From an uncultured bacterium (GTDB taxonomy: Bacteria > Arandabacterota > Arandabacteria > Arandabacterales > Arandabacteraceae): a stretch of 48,184 nt of DNA. Numbering within the stretch: the first letter of the stretch is position 1; each line of letters begins with the position of its first letter. The notes under the pieces were generated by a model that worked only from the letters and a program-made list of their open reading frames with translations, made no database searches and was not told where the DNA came from. Below, one piece after another: positions 38,073 to 48,184 of the stretch. A program made the position numbers and the translations under genes. The DNA is taken from contig CAZRAU010000009.1 in NCBI GenBank assembly GCA_964598025.1, positions 2,485-50,668 of the forward strand. Reading direction: 5' to 3'.

Positions 38073-39398
38073 ATGAAGACACTCCACAGATACATTCTGA
38101 CACAGCAGCTTCCGCCGTTTCTCTTCGGCATCTTCATCATCATATTCATACTCATTCTGGACTTTCTCTACAAGAACCTTGAGATGTTGATAGGCAAGGG
38201 CGTGCCTTTGGCCGCGTCAGCGGAACTTCTTCTCCTCAGCCTGGGATGGATGATCGTGATGGCTGTTCCCATGGCCGTTCTGATAGGTACGTTGATCTCC
38301 TTCATGCGGCTTGCCTCTGATAACGAGATAACGGCCATGCAGACAAGCGGGCTCAGCCTTACCGCCATTTCAAAACCTCTCCTGATCGCAGCTGTCCTGC
38401 TCTCGTTCGGCATGATACCGGTCCACAACTATGTCGTTCCCGAAACGAACCACAGATTAGCAAATCTGCTTGTATCCATACACAAGAAAAAGCCGGCATT
38501 GCAGCTCAGGGACGGCGTCTTCATGAACGAGATCAAGGGTTACAGTATTCTGGTCAACAAGTCCATGGGGCGGGAAATCGAGGGGGTCACGATCTCGCGC
38601 TTGCTAGAAGGCAAGCCTGCCCAGACGATCAGGGCCGAGCGCGGCGAGCTCTTCTTTTCCGATGACGGCAATACGCTGGTCATGAAGCTCTATGACGGCG
38701 AAATCCATGACGTCGATGAGAAAGACCCAAAGCGTTATCTCAGGCTCAAGTTCACCGAGCACACGATCAATATTCCCGGGGTGGGGAGGGAACTGGTGCG
38801 TGTCGACCGCGAATACCGCGGGGACAGGGAGATGAGCATAGGAGCCCTTCGGAGTGAGATCGCCAGTTACCGGGACAAGCTGAACAACCAGATGGCCCAG
38901 GTGGAGAGCGTCGTGGTGAGGAATGCAATGGCTTTGCCGGCGCTCCGTGATGCCGCAATCGCCGAGAGTGAGGACGGTAAGCAACGCATCGTCCCGGCGG
39001 TGACGTCCGCGAGCGAGAAGATCAGGACGCTTAAGACCCAGGCGGACTCCTACAAACGCCGAATGAGATCGCTTGCGGTGGAGGCCCACAAGAAGGCCGC
39101 TCTGTCCTTCGCTTGCATCGTCTTCGTGATGATCGGCATCCCCATCGGGGTGAGAACCAAGGAGGGCGGTGCCGGAAGCGGCCTTGTCTTCAGCATTCTC
39201 TTCTTCTCAGTATATTACGCCTTCCTAAGCGCCGGTGAGAAGCTGGCCGACCGCGGCTATGTCCTGCCTTCGGTCTCAATGTGGGCCGCCAACGTGGTGC
39301 TCGGCGCAATCGGACTCTACCTTTTCATCAGGGCCGACCGGGAACTCCCCTTCATCCCGCGCCACTTGAGCCGGCTGGTCAAAGGCAGGTCGAGTTGA
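38073..39398 (+). CDS. lptF: LPS export permease LptF family
   Basis: MKTLHRYI, RLASDNEITAMQTSGLS, HKKAALSFAC, MWAANVV. Confidence 0.9.
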   Translation: MKTLHRYILTQQLPPFLFGIFIIIFILILDFLYKNLEMLIGKGVPLAASAELLLLSLGWMIVMAVPMAVLIGTLISFMRLASDNEITAMQTSGLSLTAISKPLLIAAVLLSFGMIPVHNYVVPETNHRLANLLVSIHKKKPALQLRDGVFMNEIKGYSILVNKSMGREIEGVTISRLLEGKPAQTIRAERGELFFSDDGNTLVMKLYDGEIHDVDEKDPKRYLRLKFTEHTINIPGVGRELVRVDREYRGDREMSIGALRSEIASYRDKLNNQMAQVESVVVRNAMALPALRDAAIAESEDGKQRIVPAVTSASEKIRTLKTQADSYKRRMRSLAVEAHKKAALSFACIVFVMIGIPIGVRTKEGGAGSGLVFSILFFSVYYAFLSAGEKLADRGYVLPSVSMWAANVVLGAIGLYLFIRADRELPFIPRHLSRLVKGRSS

Positions 39399-40483
39399 CC
39401 ATACTTGACAGATACGTCCTCAGGGAACTGTCCAGAACCGTCTTCTTAGGTCTCCTGGCGTTTATCGCCGTCTTCATAAGTCTGGACATGGTGGAAAATG
39501 TCGATGATTTCGTCGACAGCAGCGTGGGCATGTTTACCATCTTCAAGTACTACCTTTTCCAGATCCCCCACATCTTCACGCTGACGCTGCCGATAGCGAT
39601 CCTGATCTCGTGTCTTTTCACCGTCGGCCAGATGGCAAGGCACAGCGAGCTCGTGGCCATCAAAGCCTCAGGCATAAGGTTCGGCCGGACGGTGATCCCG
39701 CTGCTCTTCGCGGGCTTCATAGCCAGCGTGGCATCGCTGGGTGTCAGCGAATTCGTAGAGCCGGTCGCAAATGCCCAGGTACGCACAATAAAGTCGAATG
39801 AGATACAGAGGTCGAGCGCGGGCGGGGAGCCCAGGATGAGAAACAACATAAGCTACCGGGCCAAGGGTGGTTTCTTCTACTTCGCACCCCAGTACGACAC
39901 CAGACTCAACGTGATGAAGGACATCGTCGTGGAGAAGTCCCTCAAGGGCGATCTCCTCTTCAGGCTCAACGCCGAGAAGGCGACCTGGAAGGGTTCTACC
40001 TGGGTCTTCAATGAAGCATGGGTGCGGTGGTTCAATGACACCGGGGACGTGGAGCGCGAAGCTTATATCCCCGAGGGCTCGCTTCCCGATGTCAATGCCG
40101 ATCCCGCCGACATCGTCCGGAAACAGCGGCAGCCCGAGGAGATGGGATTTAGGGAGCTCTCCCGTCTGGCCGCACGGATAGAGGAAAGCGGCGGGGACCC
40201 AACCCGCTATCGCGTGGGACTTAACATGAAACTCTCCTTCCCCTTCACCAACCTTATCGTGATCCTCATCGGCTCACCCCTCTCCGCCCGCCTGAGGCGA
40301 GGCGGGCTCGCTGTAGGCATGGGCATGGGCCTCGCCCTCACCTTCATCTATTACGGCTTCATACGGGTGGGCCAGACCCTGGGCGAGCAGGGCGTGATGC
40401 CGGCAACGCTTGCCGCCTGGCTCGGCAATATCTGCTTCGCCGCCTGCGGCCTCTACCTCATCCTCCGCGAGGAAAGATACTAG
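39395..40483 (+). CDS. lptG: LPS export permease LptG family
   Basis: TTG start overlapping the lptF stop; ILDRYVLR, ELVAIKASGI, KLSFPF, AAWLGN. Confidence 0.9.
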   Translation: MTILDRYVLRELSRTVFLGLLAFIAVFISLDMVENVDDFVDSSVGMFTIFKYYLFQIPHIFTLTLPIAILISCLFTVGQMARHSELVAIKASGIRFGRTVIPLLFAGFIASVASLGVSEFVEPVANAQVRTIKSNEIQRSSAGGEPRMRNNISYRAKGGFFYFAPQYDTRLNVMKDIVVEKSLKGDLLFRLNAEKATWKGSTWVFNEAWVRWFNDTGDVEREAYIPEGSLPDVNADPADIVRKQRQPEEMGFRELSRLAARIEESGGDPTRYRVGLNMKLSFPFTNLIVILIGSPLSARLRRGGLAVGMGMGLALTFIYYGFIRVGQTLGEQGVMPATLAAWLGNICFAACGLYLILREERY

Positions 40484-40528
40484 CCGGGCCGGTGAAGAAG
40501 AATGTCACCGAAAGGTATCTCATCCTAC

Positions 40529-40641
40529 ATAGCGTCGTCACTCCTGTGACGACGAATGGTCTCTTGCCGTTTTTCACATGATATTCGTTGCGATGGGAAT
40601 GGCGACTCGGTCTTGTGTAGCGTCGCCTCTCCGGGACCGAC
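40529..40641 (+). repeat. two divergent GTAG-type REP-like palindromes
   Basis: ATAG-CGTCGTCAC-TCCT-GTGACGACG (40529-40554) and GTAGCGTCG...CGAC (40617-40641). Confidence 0.55.
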
Positions 40642-40665
40642 ATTGGCCGGGGCCCCCACTGGCCA

Positions 40666-40694
40666 TTGTCTACGGCGCCTATTCATGCTACAAT
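40666..40694 (+). promoter_or_regulatory. sigma70 promoter with extended -10
   Basis: TTGTCT-17 nt-TACAAT, with TG upstream of the -10 box. Confidence 0.65.
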
Positions 40695-40715
40695 GGTAAT
40701 TAGAGGTGCTTGGAA

Positions 40716-41785
40716 ATGCCCTACATGCGGAGCGCGCAGATATTGTTGATTCTCGTCATACCGGCCTTCTGCCTCGTGCTTCCACCCTCCTCTCACGCCC
40801 GCACGTGGTAGGTGGAGCCTGACAGCACGGGTAGTGCTTCCGTGATCCATGCTGCCATGGACTCGGCCTCAGTGGGGGACACGTTGCTCGTGGGGCCGGG
40901 TAGCTACATGGTGGCTGACTACACTGAGACGAGCATCTTCCTCAAGACGGGGGTCGCCCTGGTGGGGGAGCGAGGTGCTGAGGTTACCGAGATCCTTCTT
41001 TGCGGCATCCCGGTGGGGATCCATCTCACGGATTGTGAGGGGGCCCGGGTTTCGGGCTTCAAGGTTCGGCATCCTTACGTGCCGGGCTGCGATATCCCCA
41101 TGGGAGGGATCTGGGGGATCATAGTCGTAGGGTGCACTGACGTAGTCGTTGAGGATTGCATACTTGAGGACATGGCTGTTGGCATTGAGGTAAGGGGTGA
41201 GTCCTCCGAATGGTGGAAGCCAGTGATCCGGAATAACGTGATTCGCAATTGTCACACCGGCATCCTTTGCGATGAGGTTAATGAGCCGGGGAGACCGTAC
41301 TTCGTGGGTAATACCGTTACCGGCTGTCGGTGGGGAGTCCATGTGTACGATTCCGAACCCAACTTCGACTACTGCGAGATCACCTATTGCGAGGAGGTCG
41401 GAGTATGATGTATATAGGCGATTGCGGCGGTAACGTCAAGAGGTCGGTGATTGCTCACAACGAGGAGTATGGGATCCACGTAGGTACGGATCCTCCGATA
41501 GCGAGTCCGGACTTCAACGGGTCGTGGTTGCCTGAACTGGCCAATGACATCTATGACAATGGTAGTTGGGACATCTTCTATGAGCATACGGGTCCGGATG
41601 CGCCTCTCATGGCCATTTACAATTGCTGGCGTGCCGAGTGCCCGGATTTCCCGAGGCGGGTATATGGGAACGTCATGTGCAGTCCCTGGCTTGACTCGAC
41701 TCACACGAGGCTGATCTACACGGTTGATTGCGAGACGCCCACCGAGCCTTCCACCTGGGGCGCCATCAAGGCCATGTTCAGATAG
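40716..41785 (+). pseudogene. disrupted secreted right-handed beta-helix (pectin-lyase-like) protein with C-terminal TWGAIKAMFR tail
   Basis: Signal peptide from ATG 40716 (GAGGTG RBS) to ARTW, then in-frame TAG at 40809-40811; frame continues (GDTLLVGPGSY, beta-helix repeats) to TGA 41406-41408; homologous-looking sequence resumes in another frame to 41785. Confidence 0.8.
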
Positions 41786-41836
41786 CCCCCTCTGAAACGA
41801 TTAGGGTGACAGATTACTCAGTTCTCGCGGGCTTGA

Positions 41837-41931
41837 CGTCGGGCACGGTGACCCGACGCTACGACGGAATATCATCAATTCGACTCTTCTACCCCAAATT
41901 CTCGGTCACCCTGCGGAGACCCGACGCTACA
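41837..41931 (-). repeat. GTAG-type REP-like palindromes (one full, one partial)
   Basis: CGTCGGGCACGGTGACCCGACGCTAC (41837-41862) and ACCCGACGCTACA (41919-41931). Confidence 0.7.
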
Positions 41932-42060
41932 GGGGCAGGCCAGGCAGAGCCATTCAGATGCGAGGCACGCGAAGTTCACAGGACCGATGCGTACATTGCC
42001 GTACGCCGCAGGGCCGGGGAACGAGCGGAACGAAGCAGACGGGCCTCTTTCACCGGCCTG

Positions 42061-44473
<2,413 letters not shown>

Positions 44474-44491
44474 CTCGCCCTCCGTGCTTTA

Positions 44492-45466
44492 TCAGGTAAA
44501 ATTAATCTCCGATGAATCTCCTACATTGAGCCGCTTGTAATTACCTCGTACGACGGCATTATCTCCCACCAATGAAGCCTCGAGCAGTGCGTCTTCTACC
44601 AGGGCGTTCTCGCCGATGATCGAGTTCCGGATGACCGACCGTCTGACCTGGGAATTCTCCGCCACGGATACATGCGGGCCCACAATCGAAGACTCTATCT
44701 TCGCCCCCCCGCCTACATGGACAGGCGGCACGATGATACTCCCCGGGATCTCTACTTGAGGGGCGGCCCTCTCCAGGAGGGCCCGATTGGTCTCTAAGAG
44801 GGTCTCCGGTTTGCCGCAGTCATACCACCCTTCGATGTCGAACGCCTTGAGCACTACGCCTTCTCTCATCATAAGGTTGAGTGCGTCCGTGAGTTGAAAC
44901 TCACCCTTGGTCCGGGTGCCGGACTCGACGATACGCTCCAAGGCCGAATATAGTAACTTCGACTCCTGTATGCAATATACGCCGACGATGGCCAAGTCGG
45001 TCTTGGGTTGCTCAGGTTTTTCCACCAGGCTGACTATGCGGGAGTCCTCGAGCTCGACGATCCCGAATCTCTCGGGCTCGGCAACCCTGGTGACCCCTAT
45101 GCAATTGTCCCCCGATTTCACCATCCCCCTCAGGTCTCCCTTGAAGATGCTGTCTCCCAGTATTATGAGAACAGGTTCGTCTCCCACATAGTCCTTCGAG
45201 AGATATATGGCATGTCCCAGACCCAGGCGCTCTTCCTGTTCCACTATGCTCACCCGGACATCATAATTCGCCTTCACATAGTCGACGATGTCCTGGCCGC
45301 GATAGCCGACGATGAGGATAATGTCTTTGATCCCGAGTTCCACGACATCATCGAATATGTGTCCCAGAATCGGTTTTCCGGCCACACGAAGCAGGGGCTT
45401 GGGAACGGTGTGGGTATGAGGCCTCAGCCTCGTTCCTTCACCCGCAACCGGAATTACAGCTTTCAT
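44492..45466 (-). CDS. sugar-phosphate nucleotidyltransferase (glucose-1-phosphate thymidylyltransferase-like, with left-handed beta-helix tail)
   Basis: AGEGTRLRPHT, PKPLL, EKP, WYDCG, hexapeptide repeats. Confidence 0.9.
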   Translation of the reverse strand: MKAVIPVAGEGTRLRPHTHTVPKPLLRVAGKPILGHIFDDVVELGIKDIILIVGYRGQDIVDYVKANYDVRVSIVEQEERLGLGHAIYLSKDYVGDEPVLIILGDSIFKGDLRGMVKSGDNCIGVTRVAEPERFGIVELEDSRIVSLVEKPEQPKTDLAIVGVYCIQESKLLYSALERIVESGTRTKGEFQLTDALNLMMREGVVLKAFDIEGWYDCGKPETLLETNRALLERAAPQVEIPGSIIVPPVHVGGGAKIESSIVGPHVSVAENSQVRRSVIRNSIIGENALVEDALLEASLVGDNAVVRGNYKRLNVGDSSEINFT

Positions 45467-46534
45467 CTAAGCCTCCAGGTTTCCGTCCTTCATCCTTGAC
45501 TTCATCTCGTCGATTGTCGCGATGGGCGTAGGGTCCAGTCCCCTCAGGAGCGCCAGGTAAACGCTGGCATAGTCTCCCAGGAGGATGAGCGAAAACACTT
45601 GTGTCAGAAGCCCCGTCCCGCTGCCCCAGAACTCGCCGCAGAAAACACCGGTCTTACCCACGAGGTCCCGCAGGAATGGGAATCTCGAAGTGACGCCGGG
45701 ATGTTCGCATGCAGACCTCAAGAAAATCACACCCGGCTCGATGCCCTCATGATCAACCTCCCAACCCATTATGTCATTATGGGTCATCTCCGGCAGGACA
45801 CCCACGAAGGCCAGCTTCTTCGAGTTTTCGCAGAACTGGTTCTTCCATCTCAAACCCACAGCAGCCATGCAGTTGCCGCAGTAGATCAGGGGAACACGCC
45901 CAAGGAGGCTCCGGGCAATCAGGAGAGCGGCGTTCCGGCCCGCCTCGCCCGAGGCATAGACCTTGCAGAGTCCATCCAGCACCTCCGAGCACTCCGCCAT
46001 GTCATCATCACCGTAGTCCACCATGCCTGTATATACCACAAGGCCCAGCAGTGCTGCAAACGAATAGCCCATGGCAGCCCGCGGCGGATAGCCTTCGGGC
46101 AGCCTAAGATAAGGGACCGAGTGCTTGCTTGCCCTCGCAATAAGCTCGCCGCCGGAGCAAACGCAACCCAGTGCCGCTCCGGAGCGCAGCGCGGAATCGA
46201 AACAGGAAAGTGCTTCCCTGGTATTTCCGGAGTATGACGAGCAGATGACCAGGGATCCTTTCCCCACAAAACCCGGGAGACGGTAGTCACGGCATATTTC
46301 AATAGGCACCGGCAGGCGGCCGACGGCAAATGATCTCAGGATCTCGGCCCCTATCGCAGAGCCCCCCATGCCTGCAATCACAATGTTGTCGGGCTTAAGC
46401 CCCGCCAGCGGTTTCCACGCCTCCCTTGCCAGAGCCATTCCCGAGCGGAGCTGATCGGGGAGCCTGCCCACCTTGGACAGCATGTCGGATGAATCGAGTC
46501 TCAGCAGCTCGCGGTCCAATTCCCTGTTCCTCAC
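45467..46534 (-). CDS. bifunctional phosphoglucose/phosphomannose isomerase
   Basis: GMGGSAIG, SSYSGNT, PRAA, RWKNQFCENSK, PEMTHN; GTG start overlaps the ptsI stop. Confidence 0.9.
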   Translation of the reverse strand: MRNRELDRELLRLDSSDMLSKVGRLPDQLRSGMALAREAWKPLAGLKPDNIVIAGMGGSAIGAEILRSFAVGRLPVPIEICRDYRLPGFVGKGSLVICSSYSGNTREALSCFDSALRSGAALGCVCSGGELIARASKHSVPYLRLPEGYPPRAAMGYSFAALLGLVVYTGMVDYGDDDMAECSEVLDGLCKVYASGEAGRNAALLIARSLLGRVPLIYCGNCMAAVGLRWKNQFCENSKKLAFVGVLPEMTHNDIMGWEVDHEGIEPGVIFLRSACEHPGVTSRFPFLRDLVGKTGVFCGEFWGSGTGLLTQVFSLILLGDYASVYLALLRGLDPTPIATIDEMKSRMKDGNLEA

Positions 46535-48184
46535 AGCAACATGTCTGGGAATTCCTTCCCGATGCAATCCAAGATCAGCCTGCGCACCTCTGCAGGATCG
46601 AAAACGGCCAGCGCTTTCTCGGCTATTCCCTTGGCCTCGGAGAAGTAGCTGGTCCTCACCATCTCCTTTATCTCGGGCACCACGTATGGGCTTGCACTGA
46701 GCTCGTCTATTCCCATGCCCATTAGCAGGAAGGCGCAAACAACATCGCTCGACATCTCCCCACAGAGGCCGACCCAGATCCCGGTTTCCTTCGCAACCTG
46801 TATCGTTTGCATTATGAGACGCAGCACAGCGGGATGAAGCGGCTCATAAAGGTATGCCACCTTCTCGTTCCCCCGATCGGCGGCCAGTGTGTATTGTATG
46901 AGATCGTTCGACCCTATGCTGAAGAAATCCACATGACGGGCCAGTTCCCGGGCTATCACGACGGCCGCGGGCGTTTCCACCATTATACCGACTTCGCACT
47001 TCTCGTCGATATGGTGACCTTCCGCCTTGAGTTCCTCTCTTGCTTCTTCCAGAACCACGTTAGCCTGGAGGATCTCGTCAAGACCGGAGATCATGGGATA
47101 CATTATCTTGACATCGCCATCAGCACTCGCCCTGAGAATAGCCCTGAGCTGGCTCTTGAAGATGTCTTTCCGAGCCAAGCAAAACCTTATGCCCCTCCAG
47201 CCCAGATAAGGGTTTATCTCTTTTGGACTCTCAAGAGGCGAGACAAACTTGTCGCCCCCCAGGTCCATGGTCCGGATTATCACCGGATAAGGTTTGACCT
47301 TCGACGCAACCGAACGGTAGATCTCGTATTGCTCCTCCTCTCCCGGAAGACCCTCCCTACCGATATAGATGAATTCTGTGCGGTACAGCCCAATGCCATG
47401 GGCACCGTGCTCAATCACCGAATCCACCTCCTCATGGGATTCGATGTTGGCTGAGAGCATGACCGCATGTCCATCCACCGTTACGGCGGGCAGGTCCTTG
47501 AAGCGCATAAGCCCGGTTGTGAAGCTGGCGTAACGCTCGATTTCGAGCCCGTACTTCTCTCTGGTCTCAGGGGAGGGGTTGACGACGACTTTCCCCCGGC
47601 CACCGTCCACGATGACGAAGTCACCCTCGACCACCCTGGAAGTCACGTTCTTGAGCCCGACCACAGCCGGAATCTCAAGTGAACGGGCCATTATCGCAGT
47701 ATGAGAGGTTCTGCCCCCGATGTCTGTCCCAAAGGCGAGGATACGCTCCCGGCGCATACGGGCGGTGTCGGCCGGGGAGAGATCGTTGGATATTACGATG
47801 ACATCGTTTTCCAGATTCGAGAGCTCCTCAGATCGGCCCCTCAAACCCGATAGATTGGAGAGCACCCGTCGTCTCACATCCCTGATATCGCCTGCCCTGT
47901 CCTTAATATAGACATCGCCCTTTTCCCAAAGGTCTTTCTCATGTCTCAAGAAGACCGTGTTGAAGGCGAACTCGGCGTTATAGCCTTCCCTGATTCGCGT
48001 CAGGACCTCTTCAAGGGATCGCTTGTCCTCGAGTATCATCATATGGGCATCGAATATCCTGGAATAGGATTCGCCCATGTCCCGGGCGACTTCATCCCTG
48101 GTGGTATGGAGTTGGGTCATGGAATCCTCTATAGCTTGTTCCAGCCGGCCGATCTCACTTCCAACTTCATGCGAACCCAGTTTC
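46531..48184 (-). CDS. ptsI: PEP-protein phosphotransferase (PTS enzyme I), 5' end outside the window
   Basis: GGRTSHTAI, GLYRTEF, RTMDLGGDK, NPYLGWRGIR, SIGSNDLIQY, LCGEM. Confidence 0.97.
   Translation of the reverse strand, partial: KLGSHEVGSEIGRLEQAIEDSMTQLHTTRDEVARDMGESYSRIFDAHMMILEDKRSLEEVLTRIREGYNAEFAFNTVFLRHEKDLWEKGDVYIKDRAGDIRDVRRRVLSNLSGLRGRSEELSNLENDVIVISNDLSPADTARMRRERILAFGTDIGGRTSHTAIMARSLEIPAVVGLKNVTSRVVEGDFVIVDGGRGKVVVNPSPETREKYGLEIERYASFTTGLMRFKDLPAVTVDGHAVMLSANIESHEEVDSVIEHGAHGIGLYRTEFIYIGREGLPGEEEQYEIYRSVASKVKPYPVIIRTMDLGGDKFVSPLESPKEINPYLGWRGIRFCLARKDIFKSQLRAILRASADGDVKIMYPMISGLDEILQANVVLEEAREELKAEGHHIDEKCEVGIMVETPAAVVIARELARHVDFFSIGSNDLIQYTLAADRGNEKVAYLYEPLHPAVLRLIMQTIQVAKETGIWVGLCGEMSSDVVCAFLLMGMGIDELSASPYVVPEIKEMVRTSYFSEAKGIAEKALAVFDPAEVRRLILDCIGKEFPDMLL

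Noticed and set aside
40809-40811. TAG recoding (pyrrolysine or alternative genetic code)
   Set aside because: TAG ends many genuine genes here (hsp20, asnS, pnp, sprA, lptG, ahcY), and the same gene also has a frameshift.

Overview
Moderately GC-rich bacterial chromosomal segment. The gene content (SprA, LptF/G, a C-terminal 'TWGxIK' tail, DUF4388) suggests a diderm FCB-associated candidate phylum such as Latescibacterota, Eisenbacteria or Krumholzibacteriota; this assignment is inference. Most of the window is housekeeping: rimP-nusA-ylxR-infB-DUF503-rbfA-nrnA-truB-ribF-rpsO-pnp-M16 peptidase, ptsI-pgi/pmi-nucleotidyltransferase-metK-ahcY, asnS, ktrA/ktrB, dut, an aminotransferase and lptFG. 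The most interesting part is the left end (1-3940, minus strand). A sigma70 promoter drives a small secreted protein and a giant TPR-GAF-AAA+ sigma54 activator. Directly downstream lies a complete palindrome/IHF/-24/-12 sigma54 promoter in front of a truncated gene that looks like an RpoS/RpoD-family sigma factor. Together these form a candidate peptide-sensing (RRNPP-like) sigma54-to-sigma70 cascade. Other highlights are a T9SS SprA translocon co-occurring with secreted proteins that carry a short C-terminal tail, a Na/Pi transporter fused to an Ig-like domain, a KtrB with a voltage-sensor-like N-terminus, a probably leaderless 10-Cys microprotein, a structured RNA candidate after hsp20, a GTAG-type REP family and a disrupted beta-helix gene. 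No rRNA, tRNA, CRISPR array or transposase was seen.
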